Below the pieces are notes generated by a model. That model did not search any database and was not told where the DNA came from. It saw only the letters and a list, made by a program, of their open reading frames with translations. From contig CAZEEW010000001.1 of the NCBI GenBank assembly GCA_964511375.1, positions 70,512 through 134,511 on the forward strand: DNA of 64,000 nt. The letters run 5' to 3'. A program made the position numbers and the translations under genes. The stretch comes from an uncultured Gammaproteobacteria bacterium (GTDB taxonomy: Bacteria; Patescibacteriota; Patescibacteriia; Magasanikbacterales; GWA2-37-8). Positions 1-10,091 of this stretch are shown piece after piece (position 1 is the first letter of the stretch; every line of letters begins with the position of its first letter).

Positions 1-1
1 A

Positions 2-1912
2 CCAGATTTGAAGATAGATTTAAAAGATTCAGAAATTAAAGAATTTGATCGAGAAAAAGTTGTAAAACTTTTTCAAGAATTTGAATTTACTTCTCTTTTA
101 AAACGTCTCCCAGGTTTTGGTTCCGAATCTGCGGAAGAGAAAAAAACCAGTAAGGGAAAGAAAATTAAAAAGACAGCGGCTAATTGTGAAAATATTACAG
201 ATAAAAAAGGCCTTAAAGACTTAGCAGAGCTGATCAAGAAAGAAAATCAATTTGTCGCTAAAGTTATTTTAAACAATCCAGATGTTTTTGCGCTCGACTG
301 CGGTGGAATAGTTTTTTGGGCGGGGGGTAAAGGATTTTTTGTGCCAAAAAACCTAATGGCAGACACCAAGGATATTTTTGAAGATTCCAAAACCGAACTG
401 ATTGGTTATGATTTAAAACAACTGGTTAAAGTAATGTGTCAGTTGGGTATTAAAATTAAAAACCAACTCTTTGATATCCTGATCGCCTCGTATCTGTTAT
501 CTCCGGGTAGCCGTAATAATAGTTTAGAAAGTATTATTTTAAAAGAATTGGGCGAAGAGATTAAAAATGGTAATCAAGGTGGGTTATTTGGTGTTGAGCC
601 TTTAACTGAAGTTGAGACTTTAGAGAAGATTGGTCGCGCGGCGGAGAAGTTGCGACCAGAATTAAAGTCCATTGATGATTATGGTCTGTTTCAAAAAGTA
701 GAAATGCCACTTGTTATTGTTTTAGCTGAGATTGAGCTAAATGGTATTGCTTTAGATTTTGATCTACTAAAAAAATTATCTAAAGAAGTTGCTGAGGAAA
801 TTCTAAAACTTCAAGAGACGATTTATAAACTAGCCGGACAGGAATTTAATGTTTCTTCACCACTACAACTTCGGGAAATCTTGTTTGATAAACTATCCCT
901 ACCAACCGATGGGGTAAAAAAGGGTAAAACTGGTTTGTCTACTTCAGCCGAAGAGTTAGAAAAACTTCGCCCCCTCCACCCAATTATTTCTGAAATTGAA
1001 AACTACCGGGAAACGAGCAAGTTACAGAATACCTACATCGATGTTTTACCTGCCCTGGTTAATCCAAAAACTAATCGCTTGCACACTTCCTTTAACCAAG
1101 CCGTAACTGCCACCGGTCGTCTTTCTAGTTCTGATCCAAATTTGCAAAATATTCCTATCCGTACTGCGGCAGGTAGAAAAATTCGTGCCGCCTTTGTGGC
1201 AGAAAAGGGTAATGTCTTGGTAAGTGCCGACTATTCACAGATTGAACTAAGGATCGCGGCGTCTTTGGCCGAAGATCAGAAGATGTTAGAAATCTTTTCC
1301 AAAGACGAAGACATCCATCGGGCTACCGCAGCGGCCATTAACAATGTTCCTTTAGACAAAGTAACCAAAGACATGCGCCGGGCCGCCAAAGAGGTAAACT
1401 TCGGTGTCTTGTATGGTATGGGTGCCTATGGTTTAAGTTGGCGGGCCGACATCCCCCAGTGGCAAGCCAAGGAGTTCATAGACAAATACTTCTCAGAATT
1501 TAGTGGTGTAAAAAAATATTTAGAAAGAACCCTAGAATTCACACGGAAAGAGGGATACTGCGAGACTCTCTTTGGTCGAAGAAGATATATACCCGAACTT
1601 AATTCCCACAACTTTCAATTGCGTAATGCCGCAGAACGCATGGCAATTAACCACCCCATCCAAGGCACGGCAGCTGACTTAATGAAGATGGCCATGGTTG
1701 CGGTTCAGGAAGAGTTAAAAGAAGATAAAGAAATAAAAATGTTATTGCAGGTTCACGATGAATTGGTCTTTGAAGTTAAAAAAGGTGAGGAAGTTAAGCT
1801 CGCGAAGCGACTAAAAGAAGTTATGGAAAATGTTGCTAAACTTCGAGTACCAATTAAAGTTGAGGTTAAGTTCGGCACCAATTGGGAAGAAATGGAAGGA
1901 ATTAAAATTTAA
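2..1912 (+). CDS. polA: DNA polymerase I, C-terminal part (5' end lies off-window)
   Basis: The reading frame is open to the window edge. Family-A polymerase motifs are present: DYSQIELRI, RRAAKEVNFGVLYGM and QVHDEL. Confidence 0.93.
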   Translation, partial: PDLKIDLKDSEIKEFDREKVVKLFQEFEFTSLLKRLPGFGSESAEEKKTSKGKKIKKTAANCENITDKKGLKDLAELIKKENQFVAKVILNNPDVFALDCGGIVFWAGGKGFFVPKNLMADTKDIFEDSKTELIGYDLKQLVKVMCQLGIKIKNQLFDILIASYLLSPGSRNNSLESIILKELGEEIKNGNQGGLFGVEPLTEVETLEKIGRAAEKLRPELKSIDDYGLFQKVEMPLVIVLAEIELNGIALDFDLLKKLSKEVAEEILKLQETIYKLAGQEFNVSSPLQLREILFDKLSLPTDGVKKGKTGLSTSAEELEKLRPLHPIISEIENYRETSKLQNTYIDVLPALVNPKTNRLHTSFNQAVTATGRLSSSDPNLQNIPIRTAAGRKIRAAFVAEKGNVLVSADYSQIELRIAASLAEDQKMLEIFSKDEDIHRATAAAINNVPLDKVTKDMRRAAKEVNFGVLYGMGAYGLSWRADIPQWQAKEFIDKYFSEFSGVKKYLERTLEFTRKEGYCETLFGRRRYIPELNSHNFQLRNAAERMAINHPIQGTAADLMKMAMVAVQEELKEDKEIKMLLQVHDELVFEVKKGEEVKLAKRLKEVMENVAKLRVPIKVEVKFGTNWEEMEGIKI

Positions 1913-1920
1913 ATTTTTAT

Positions 1921-2661
1921 ATGAAAAAAATATTTGCATTAACTTTGTTAATGTTATTAATCTCCGGCTGTTCCTGGAATTACGGAAACGAAAATGGCAG
2001 CATTAAGAAAAGCAATTGGCAGCTAAAGAAAGAAGCATTAGAGTACCGGGATGTGGGTACCCGGACCGATACCGCGCTATACTATCCAGTAATGACTAAT
2101 TACGAAAAGGCTGAAACAAGCTTTAATAACGATGTAAAGAATTTAGTAGTGCAAGAACGTGATGCATTTTTGGTTGAGTTGGACGGAATAGAATTGCCAC
2201 GCGTAACTGATCCGGGTAGTTATTTTAGAGCGGATTACGAAATATTGAATAGCCAAGATTTCTTAAGTATTAAATTCGTTTTTGATACCTATGTCTCTGG
2301 TGCCGCCCACCCTAATAGTTTTACTAAAGCCTATAATTTTGATTTAATTACTGGACGACCTATAAGTTGGACAGAAATATTTAAACCCGGTTCAAATTAC
2401 TTACAAGTAGTTAGCGACAAGTCTGGCCAAAAACTTCTGGCAAAAAACAACGAAGAAGAATTCACAGACATTGTTTCAATACGAGAAGGAACAAAACCAA
2501 ACCCAGAGAATTTTAAAACTGTAAACATTGCAGATAAACGGTTGATCATAACCTTCGATGCCTACCAAGTGGCTTCATATGCAGCGGGACCACAGGTAAT
2601 TGAAATACCTTTTTCTGATTTGTATGAAATTTTGAAGGATGAATATGCGACTAAAATATAG
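1921..2661 (+). CDS. Lipoprotein, DUF3298/DUF4163-like
   Basis: Signal peptide with lipobox LISGC. The central YVSGAAHPN and C-terminal YQVASYAAGPQVIEIP segments resemble the DUF3298 family (recalled similarity, not searched). Confidence 0.6.
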   Translation: MKKIFALTLLMLLISGCSWNYGNENGSIKKSNWQLKKEALEYRDVGTRTDTALYYPVMTNYEKAETSFNNDVKNLVVQERDAFLVELDGIELPRVTDPGSYFRADYEILNSQDFLSIKFVFDTYVSGAAHPNSFTKAYNFDLITGRPISWTEIFKPGSNYLQVVSDKSGQKLLAKNNEEEFTDIVSIREGTKPNPENFKTVNIADKRLIITFDAYQVASYAAGPQVIEIPFSDLYEILKDEYATKI

Positions 2662-2691
2662 TCGTAAACAAAAAATTTGTTGTGACTGATT

Positions 2692-3660
2692 ATGATAATT
2701 TTTATCAACGGCGAAGACACCTTTAGAAGTCGGCAGTATCTGCAGGAACAGGTATATAAATTTAAACAGGCACGTGACCCGGCAGGGTACAACGTTGTTT
2801 TTGTTGATGCTCTAAAAAGTGAGCCGGGGAAAATTTTAGGCGAAATTTTGTCAGCCCCTTTTCTGGCGGAAAAGAGACTTGTTGTTGTGGAAAACCTGTT
2901 GTCTCTTAGCGACAAAGATTTCCTCGCTGCGATCATTGAGCGAGTTGAAAAAAATGATTTTCCAGAAAGCAATGTCATTATTTTTTGGCAAGGTCAAAGT
3001 AAAAGCAAGGTAAAGGAAGCCGAAATCTTGGAAAAAACTTTAGCTAAAATAAAATATAGTAAAGAATTTGTTCCACTTACCGGTCAACAATTAATAACGT
3101 GGATAAAAAGCGAACTCGCTAGCCGAGGTGGAAGCATGAGCTCACCTGCCTTGTCTTACATAACAGCAAATTTCAGTGGAGACATGTGGACATTGAATTC
3201 TTTAATTGACCAACTGATCGCTTACAAATCTGGTAAAGAAATTGAAACAAAAGACGTCAGTGAGTTTTTAGATGAAAAAGTTGATGACAATGTATTCAAC
3301 ATGGTTAATGCCATAGTGACCGGCAACAAGAAATTAGCCCTTAAGCTTCTGCAAGAACAGCGCCGTTTGGGCGAGGATGATTTTAAGTTGTTTGGACTTC
3401 TAATTTGGCAGTTTCGGGCGTTATTATCTTTACGGGATCTTTACGAAACTGATGACAGAATAACGAGCGACAATGCCGCAAAAAAAACCGGACTCAACCT
3501 CTTTGTTGTGAAGAAAAATTGGCCACTTATTAAAAATTTTAGTAGCCAAAAATTAAAAGAATTATATGACGGCTTAATCCAGATGGACTTAAAAGCAAAA
3601 ACAGGTCAAGCTGACCTGTCTCTAGCGTTGGACTTATTTGTCGGAACATTAAAAGATTAA
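2692..3660 (+). CDS. holA: DNA polymerase III delta subunit-like
   Basis: 322 aa. The N-terminus (IIFINGEDTFRSRQYL) and overall length and helical C-terminus are typical of HolA. Sits next to polA. Confidence 0.6.
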   Translation: MIIFINGEDTFRSRQYLQEQVYKFKQARDPAGYNVVFVDALKSEPGKILGEILSAPFLAEKRLVVVENLLSLSDKDFLAAIIERVEKNDFPESNVIIFWQGQSKSKVKEAEILEKTLAKIKYSKEFVPLTGQQLITWIKSELASRGGSMSSPALSYITANFSGDMWTLNSLIDQLIAYKSGKEIETKDVSEFLDEKVDDNVFNMVNAIVTGNKKLALKLLQEQRRLGEDDFKLFGLLIWQFRALLSLRDLYETDDRITSDNAAKKTGLNLFVVKKNWPLIKNFSSQKLKELYDGLIQMDLKAKTGQADLSLALDLFVGTLKD

Positions 3661-4751
3661 CGGGATGTACTTTGGAAAATAAGTTTTGCTAACTCATCAA
3701 TTTTCTCGCTAATTTCTGATGGAACTGTACCGTTGTTACTTCTGGCTACATCGTCTAGCGTCCTCGCTAAAGCGCTGTTGACTATACTTTTGGCAACGTC
3801 TAAACTCTCAGCTACACTAGGCTCTTCTTTTTTAATGCCCACTAGTTTACCTGGATCTTCACTTGCGAACCGACCGTCTCTGCCTAACTTGAAAAAAAGG
3901 CCGCTGTCTTCGTTGACAAGCAGAGTTAAACCGCCTCGTCCTTGGTGTTTTGTTGTATATAAAGCTTGGTCAGCCTCTGTTTTCGTCGCTTGGAGAGTGG
4001 GCCTCCCAGCACCCTCGGGCTCAATTAGTTTTATTCCAGCACTTAAACTAATAGTAGCCTCAATTTTACCATACTGCTCTTCATTATAGCTGCTGCGTTC
4101 CACAACCTCTCTCTTGCCAGTGGTTTTATTCTTTGTGACAACATAAGAACAAGCAGCCTCTAAAATTCTTTGTGCTACAACAATAGCCTCTTCTTTGGGC
4201 AAATCATTTAACATGATCATAAATTCATCGCCGCCGAATTTACCCGCCACATCAGTTGCTCGAATAGATTGCCCTATTTTTTTACCGATGGCTGTCAGGA
4301 CATCGTCGGTTGTTGGGTGTCCAAAACGATCATTTAACTCCTTGGTTTTATCTATGTCTAAAAAAATTAAAGCTGAAACTCTATTTTTTTCGTCCCCGTT
4401 TCGTTCCTCGAGTCTTCTTATACTAGCTTCATACTTAAGGGCAAAAGCATCACGTTGAAGTAAGCCAGTGGTGGAGTCGGTGTCGGCTTTTTCTTGTAAG
4501 CGGCGATTAATTTCGGCGTTATCTCCAACCATCTCCATGACTAAGGCAAATCTCGCCTGTATTTCTGGTGATAAAGTGTGTAGAGGTTGTCCCATAGCTT
4601 CTCTTTGCAAGAAACGCGGCAAAACACGATCTAGCAGGTCTTCTACAAATGGACGATAAGCCTCTCTCTCGTTTTTTTCCCAACGAGGTAAAATATTGTC
4701 CAAAGCCTCTTTTCGGTATGCATTGATTGGATCTAGGTGTTCTGTACCCAT
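3657..4751 (-). CDS. GGDEF-domain diguanylate cyclase
   Basis: The C-terminal half contains the literal GGDEF motif (KFGGDEFMIM) with flanking LFLDIDKTKELND-type residues. Confidence 0.8.
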   Translation of the reverse strand: MGTEHLDPINAYRKEALDNILPRWEKNEREAYRPFVEDLLDRVLPRFLQREAMGQPLHTLSPEIQARFALVMEMVGDNAEINRRLQEKADTDSTTGLLQRDAFALKYEASIRRLEERNGDEKNRVSALIFLDIDKTKELNDRFGHPTTDDVLTAIGKKIGQSIRATDVAGKFGGDEFMIMLNDLPKEEAIVVAQRILEAACSYVVTKNKTTGKREVVERSSYNEEQYGKIEATISLSAGIKLIEPEGAGRPTLQATKTEADQALYTTKHQGRGGLTLLVNEDSGLFFKLGRDGRFASEDPGKLVGIKKEEPSVAESLDVAKSIVNSALARTLDDVARSNNGTVPSEISEKIDELAKLIFQSTSR

Positions 4752-4757
4752 AATTAT

Positions 4758-4791
4758 AAAAAATTAAAAACCTCGGGTAATTCCCGAGGTT
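4758..4791 (-). terminator. Intrinsic terminator after rpsT
   Basis: Hairpin AACCTCGGG-taatt-CCCGAGGTT, followed on the minus strand by a T-run. Confidence 0.6.
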
Positions 4792-4807
4792 TATTATACT
4801 TTTTAAC

Positions 4808-5068
4808 TTACTTTTTCGCAAGGCTGTTTACAGACTTCATAAGGCGAGACAACTTGCGAGCAGCGGTGTTTTTCTTAATAACACCACGCTTTGCCGCCTT
4901 GTCTAAAGCTTTTTGGGCAGTCTGAGCAAGCTTTTTAGCATCTTCTAAACTGGTGGCCTTTTTAGTGCTTTTTATAGCATCTTTAAAAGCGTCTTTTCGA
5001 ACTTTATTCCAAGCAGTACGTTTTATCGCTTGACGTAGAGCCTTTTTAGCATTTGCTTTATTTGGCAT
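4808..5068 (-). CDS. rpsT: 30S ribosomal protein S20
   Basis: 86 aa, Lys/Ala-rich, with the N-terminus MPNKANAKKALRQAIKR typical of S20. Confidence 0.85.
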   Translation of the reverse strand: MPNKANAKKALRQAIKRTAWNKVRKDAFKDAIKSTKKATSLEDAKKLAQTAQKALDKAAKRGVIKKNTAARKLSRLMKSVNSLAKK

Positions 5069-5168
5069 AGTATATTATTTTTTGTAAATTGAGAGCAATT
5101 TTTGGACTAAGTGAGTCAAGTATACTTTAAATCTCAACAAAAGTCAATAGAATAGGCTCTTTTGGTTG

Positions 5169-7271
5169 TTAGTTTGGATTATAGACTCGGGCGCCATTGT
5201 AAGCGTTAAGATATATCGCTGACATGGCGCTGACACCCTTCTTTACTTTAATGACTGCACCGTTGTATTTGCTGGCTATTAAGGGTCCAGAATAATTGGA
5301 GTAAGCAGTCCAGTCATATGTGGTGTGGTCACTGTACATCACTCTGACCTTGCCATTATTTAGTGCTGTCACACTTAAAAAGTATCTGTTAGCCAAGCTT
5401 TTATTTTTTGGATTAAGGCTCTTAAGAACCGGGTGTAGGCCGTTTTCAGCACGTGAGTTAACCTCATCAATGATGTTATCTCCATCGTTATCTATTGTGT
5501 CGCCACTTACCTCCAATCCAACCGAGGACAAGAAGTCATCAAAGTCAAAGTTATTAGTGGTGTAGTTAGTAGTATTTGGGTTCACACAAGCATTAATAAA
5601 GACGGTTTTACTCCCCAAACCATCTCGGTCATTGTCTTGGTAAAAATTTTGTGGGCCCAGTACCAAAACATTGTTGTCATCACAGTCATTAGCGGTTGTA
5701 ACACCGTCGTTATCATAGTCGTGGTCATTAAGGTCCAGACTATTTGTAACAAGACCTGGTTGGGCAGTACACATTAGAATCGGGGCACCAAATCCGAACC
5801 CGTCGCCATCAGCATCGTTATAGAAGCTTTGTTTGCCCAGGACCGCGCTATTGCGATCATCACAGTCATCAGTTAGGCTGATGCCGTCATTATCAAAGTC
5901 ATTATCATTGTGGTCAGAGTTGTTACTAACGTAGTTGTTGGGCGAGGAACAAGTTAGTACGCCGGTGCCATAACCAAGCCCGTCACCATCGTTGTCCTGG
6001 TAATATGTTTGTTTACCACGGATGTTAGTGTTGTGGTCATCACAATCGTTTGCAGTTGTTATACCGTCATTGTCAAAATCTTGGTCGTTTAAATCAGAGT
6101 TATTAGTCACATAGTTTGCCTGGGCAGAACACATTTGTGAAGCAGCTCCGGCGCCCAAACCATCACCGTCCCCATCGTAATAGAAATTTTGTGGACCTAA
6201 AATACTGGCATTGCGGTCGTCGCAATCAAGGCTAGCAATTAAATGGTCATTGTCGTAGTCGTTGTCGGCCTCTGGCCACGCGCTGTCTAAATAGTTGGAA
6301 ACGTATCCGGGTGGAGGAGTAAGAGAGGCAGAGGTAGTGGTTAAAAGAGAACCACGACCGTCTCCGTCATTATCTCGAAAATAGGTTTGTGTAAAACCGG
6401 TGTGCCAAGTTACGGTTGGTGTGTTGTCATGAGCAACGTAAGCATTTTTTCGGTTGTTGACAGTATCGGTGATTAGGGTAAAGCCTTCTCTAGCTGAACC
6501 CGGAACATTAGAATAGGTGTTAAGTAGAGTTCCGTCTGGTTTTACCTCTGCTAATAAGTTAACACTATCATCAAACAGAATAAAAAGCGTTCCAGTATCA
6601 CGATTAAAATATAAATCAGACACATCCTTCTTGGGTAGGCTTGGGTCCATCCTCATAGTACCAAGGTGGGTAACTTGTCCGGAAGTGGTTAGATTAACAT
6701 CAAAAATGTCAATCAAGTTATCGTTGGTGGTAATTCCGTCGGTTAAGTTATATTCTCTTTGAATGCCGGTGTAAAACACACCGCCAGAAGCTGAATTTGC
6801 ATACGGGTGGAAGCCGTTTGGCACAAAAGCCAGTCCTTCTAAACCAGAATTACCAAGTCCAGAGAGCCAGGTTCCAAGGCTCCAGTTTTTAGTAATACGA
6901 GGTGAACTGGAGGGAGAAGTCCAATCAAATTCTAAAATCGCTGGAGTGTTTTCAACCCCAATATAAATATAATTGCTAGCCGGATCAACAATAGTTAAGG
7001 CCTCATAGTCTCCAGTAATCTTCCACTCCACCTTATTATCCCCATTCTTGTCCATCATGGTAACGCGGTTTTTACCGTCGCTAGTTGGGTCGCTAACGGA
7101 AAACAACCTATTGGTATGCGCATTCCAAGCTAAACCACTTGGTTCATAAGGTGCGTTTAGAGAAATAGTGTTATTACCACTAGCTGGCCAGGAAAGACTG
7201 GCACTAAAAACAAAGGACGGAAACAGCAAAACGGCTAAAGTTAAGCTAAACCAAGCAGTGATTTTTTGCAT
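5169..7271 (-). CDS. Secreted repeat protein: N-terminal beta-propeller-like region plus Asp/Cys-rich metal-binding-like repeats
   Basis: Signal peptide (LLFPSFVFSAS). The C-terminal half carries about 4 repeats of roughly 62 aa with DNDGDG and DCDD(R/H/N)N motifs. Confidence 0.7.
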   Translation of the reverse strand: MQKITAWFSLTLAVLLFPSFVFSASLSWPASGNNTISLNAPYEPSGLAWNAHTNRLFSVSDPTSDGKNRVTMMDKNGDNKVEWKITGDYEALTIVDPASNYIYIGVENTPAILEFDWTSPSSSPRITKNWSLGTWLSGLGNSGLEGLAFVPNGFHPYANSASGGVFYTGIQREYNLTDGITTNDNLIDIFDVNLTTSGQVTHLGTMRMDPSLPKKDVSDLYFNRDTGTLFILFDDSVNLLAEVKPDGTLLNTYSNVPGSAREGFTLITDTVNNRKNAYVAHDNTPTVTWHTGFTQTYFRDNDGDGRGSLLTTTSASLTPPPGYVSNYLDSAWPEADNDYDNDHLIASLDCDDRNASILGPQNFYYDGDGDGLGAGAASQMCSAQANYVTNNSDLNDQDFDNDGITTANDCDDHNTNIRGKQTYYQDNDGDGLGYGTGVLTCSSPNNYVSNNSDHNDNDFDNDGISLTDDCDDRNSAVLGKQSFYNDADGDGFGFGAPILMCTAQPGLVTNSLDLNDHDYDNDGVTTANDCDDNNVLVLGPQNFYQDNDRDGLGSKTVFINACVNPNTTNYTTNNFDFDDFLSSVGLEVSGDTIDNDGDNIIDEVNSRAENGLHPVLKSLNPKNKSLANRYFLSVTALNNGKVRVMYSDHTTYDWTAYSNYSGPLIASKYNGAVIKVKKGVSAMSAIYLNAYNGARVYNPN
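5466..6385 (-). repeat. Coding tandem repeats (YxxDxDGDGxG ... NDxDxDNDG ... DCDDxN)
   Basis: The repeats are read directly from the translation of 5169..7271. The period is about 186 bp. Confidence 0.75.
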
Positions 7272-7346
7272 AAAAAATAGTTAATAAAACGAAATACTAT
7301 ACCACAAATATACGGTTTTGTCAAGCATTTCGTTACAGTAAAAAGT

Positions 7347-8429
7347 CTACACCTCTTCCATTTGTGGTTTTTCTAAAGAGAGTGGTTCAATATTTTTTTC
7401 GCCATCCGTAATGCGCATGACGTCCTTGTCTATCTTATTGAATTCTTTGTAAGCAGAGTTATAAGTATTTACTGCTGTACCGAGATTGTTTCCGAGTTTT
7501 TTTAAATACTCGTCATAGGCCAGAAGGTGTTTCCCCAGCTCCTCGACCCGTTTCCGAATTTCTTTCGCCGACTCCTCTATCTGTAAGGCGCGTAAACCCT
7601 GCAAAACAGTTTGCAAATAGGCCAAGAAAGAAGTCGGAGAAACAATAATGACATGTTTTTCTCGGAACGCGTATTCAATTAAATCATGGGTGTTGATTTT
7701 TAAAGTTCCAACTTTATTGATTAATAAGTCGTAGTAAATTCCTTCGGCCGGAATAAACATGAAAGCAAAATCCATTGTTCTTTCCTTTGGTTTAATATAT
7801 TTGCTGGTTTCATCGATGCGGTTCTTCAAATCCTGGACAAAACTTTTTTCCAAATCTTTCTTCCGATCCGGATCTTTTTCTTCGTTTAGGCGATTATAAT
7901 TCTCTAGACTAAATTTGGAGTCGATTGGTATGACTTTGTCTTTTACAAAAACTGCGGCATCAACAATGTCTCCGTCAGTAAATTTATATTGCATGGAATA
8001 ACTTCCGGGCGGCAAAACATTTTTTAAAACATTTTCTAAATAGTATTCCCCTAAGATGCCACGATGCTTTGGGTTTTGTAAAATGTTTTCTAGATTTTCT
8101 AACTGTTCAGCAAAACCAATCACTTGTTTGTTGGTTTCGTCTAATTTAGTCAGTTTTTCGGTGACGTCGGTAATAATTTTAGTGCTATTTTGGAATTGAG
8201 ACTGGATTGTCCGGTTTAAATTAGTTTGCGTATCATTTACAACGCGATGCGTTTCAGAAATTTTTTGGTCAATTTGTCGGTTTAGCTCCTGGATCTGGTT
8301 CTGTAACATCACAAACAGGTTGTTGTCAGATTCGGATTGGGGTTTTTTAAGAGAGAGTAGTAAGAAGACAATTGCGGCGAGTCCAACGCCCAAAAGAATG
8401 ATGAGCGCAATTAGTAGTGTCTCTTGCAT
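7347..8429 (-). CDS. rmuC: DNA recombination protein RmuC
   Basis: N-terminal TM helix, long coiled coil, and a C-terminal RmuC-type nuclease region (DFAFMFIPAEGIYYDL). Confidence 0.85.
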   Translation of the reverse strand: MQETLLIALIILLGVGLAAIVFLLLSLKKPQSESDNNLFVMLQNQIQELNRQIDQKISETHRVVNDTQTNLNRTIQSQFQNSTKIITDVTEKLTKLDETNKQVIGFAEQLENLENILQNPKHRGILGEYYLENVLKNVLPPGSYSMQYKFTDGDIVDAAVFVKDKVIPIDSKFSLENYNRLNEEKDPDRKKDLEKSFVQDLKNRIDETSKYIKPKERTMDFAFMFIPAEGIYYDLLINKVGTLKINTHDLIEYAFREKHVIIVSPTSFLAYLQTVLQGLRALQIEESAKEIRKRVEELGKHLLAYDEYLKKLGNNLGTAVNTYNSAYKEFNKIDKDVMRITDGEKNIEPLSLEKPQMEEV

Positions 8430-8499
8430 AAAGAGTAAAAAAATTGATAATATAACCTGGCTTTAGTTTAGCATTATTTTACTATATTTGAAAGTTGCT

Positions 8500-9846
8500 A
8501 TGGCGGATAAATTTAAACCTGTTCCGGAGGAAATGGCCGGCATGGAACAGGAATTAACTGAACAAGAATTTCAAAAATTAGAGAGACGTCACCAGAGAGT
8601 AGCGCTCACTGCTCTGTTTGAGCGACTAGCTCTGTCTTCGCGCCACTCTGAACTAACAGGCAATTTAAAGGCTGATTTCAATGTTTTGCTCGGGTCGATG
8701 TCAAAAATTTATGGAGAAAAGATCGGTGTCCTCCGACATAAAATCTTTGCAGACAGGGAATTTTTGACGAGGATGTATCATGTATATTTGGCTCTATTAA
8801 AAGAAAAAGAGTCAATTGACAAGGTCGCCTCTGATGTTTTCCACGATCATTTTAGGGAAATTCGTCATCCACCTACGCCACATGAATGGGGTAAAAAGGT
8901 CTTCGATTTATGTACTGGCAGTGAAAACAAAGGTGGGGCCACCTTAGAATTTAAGGAGGGTTTTGCTGTGTTTGCTTTATCTGATCGTGAAGACTACGAA
9001 TATTTTTTAGAAAGCATGCGCACAAGTACAGACATAGTTGAAAGAAGTTACGGCGTTTTTATTTCTAACTTTACAATTCCCGGTTATAATGAAATGAATC
9101 TTATTGTCGTAAATGGCGGCGTTTCTAGCCTTCTAAACGACACTTCTTCATTGGTATCACATGAAAAGCAGCATTTTATTAATAGGCGGCTAGTGAGCGA
9201 TGCAAACCGCCCGATGTTTGATCGGGTTGAATCGGACTATCTTAAGGCCCGCGGCGTGTCTGGTGAGACGCTTCGCAAAAGACTGTCTGAATCGGCTCTG
9301 ATGCAGCACATTAAGAATGAGGTGTTGGCTTTTTTGCGCGATGGAACTGGTGGTAGAGAGGAGGTTCGCTGGAACGAGGAGTCTGTGCCGGTGGGGATTT
9401 ACAATTATCTTCAGGGCTCTTGCTACGCACCCTTATTCGGAATGCTACCAAAAGCGCTACGTGTTAAAACAGACGAAGCTTTGCGGGAAATTGCCGTTGA
9501 AATGAATCTGCTAAAAGGATTTACTACACTGCCTGAACGCGCAGTTTTAGCAAATCATTTAATTTCCGTGCCGCTAGTTGACATGGCCGAAGAGATTAGT
9601 AGGTTTGCTAAGTTCTATACCAAGCGACTGCGAAGGTGCAATGTTATAAGGAGTTCCGTTAGAGAATACGGTCCAAAATTTAAGGACCCTGACCTTGAAA
9701 AAGAAGCCTTTAAGACCGCTAGAGCATTTGAAAGTCACATCGTTGACCCAAGAAACGTTGAGGACATTAGAGATCAGGTTGAAGGTGTGTTTAAGAAGTA
9801 CGGTGTTGCCTTCAAAGTAAGGCAACCCCTTGATTTTTCCACGTAA
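8500..9846 (+). CDS. Hypothetical protein with HExxH motif
   Basis: Long ORF. The ATG at 8500 is preferred over the TTG at 8488. Contains HEKQH (HExxH). No family recognised. Confidence 0.6.
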   Translation: MADKFKPVPEEMAGMEQELTEQEFQKLERRHQRVALTALFERLALSSRHSELTGNLKADFNVLLGSMSKIYGEKIGVLRHKIFADREFLTRMYHVYLALLKEKESIDKVASDVFHDHFREIRHPPTPHEWGKKVFDLCTGSENKGGATLEFKEGFAVFALSDREDYEYFLESMRTSTDIVERSYGVFISNFTIPGYNEMNLIVVNGGVSSLLNDTSSLVSHEKQHFINRRLVSDANRPMFDRVESDYLKARGVSGETLRKRLSESALMQHIKNEVLAFLRDGTGGREEVRWNEESVPVGIYNYLQGSCYAPLFGMLPKALRVKTDEALREIAVEMNLLKGFTTLPERAVLANHLISVPLVDMAEEISRFAKFYTKRLRRCNVIRSSVREYGPKFKDPDLEKEAFKTARAFESHIVDPRNVEDIRDQVEGVFKKYGVAFKVRQPLDFST

Positions 9847-9872
9847 ATATAATAAAATTTGTTGGTTCAGTC

Positions 9873-9944
9873 GCCCCCATAGTTCAATGGATAGAACAGG
9901 TCCGTCCTAAGGACAAAATGTGCGTTCGATTCGTGCTGGGGGCA
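9873..9944 (+). tRNA. tRNA-Arg (anticodon CCT)
   Basis: Hand-folded cloverleaf: acceptor GCCCCCA/TGGGGGC, anticodon loop GTCCTAA, T-loop TTCGATT. No CCA is encoded. Confidence 0.85.
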
Positions 9945-9950
9945 CTATAT

Positions 9951-10021
9951 GGGCCTATGGTTCAGTGGTAGAACGCGGCATTCGCATTGCTGAGACGGCA
10001 GTTCGATTCTGCCTAGGTCCA
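9951..10021 (+). tRNA. tRNA-Ala (anticodon CGC)
   Basis: Hand-folded cloverleaf: acceptor GGGCCTA/TAGGTCC with the G3:U70 Ala identity pair, anticodon loop TTCGCAT, T-loop TTCGATT. Confidence 0.9.
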
Positions 10022-10043
10022 CAAGAAAAATGTGATAAATATC

Positions 10044-10073
10044 AAATTTGTATAGACTAGTCTATACAAATTT
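10044..10073. repeat. 30-bp perfect palindrome AAATTTGTATAGACT|AGTCTATACAAATTT
   Basis: Checked base by base. Lies between tRNA-Ala and the yhhQ-like gene. Its core recurs at 10828..10851. Confidence 0.9.
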
Positions 10074-10091
10074 TGGATTATAGGCTGGATT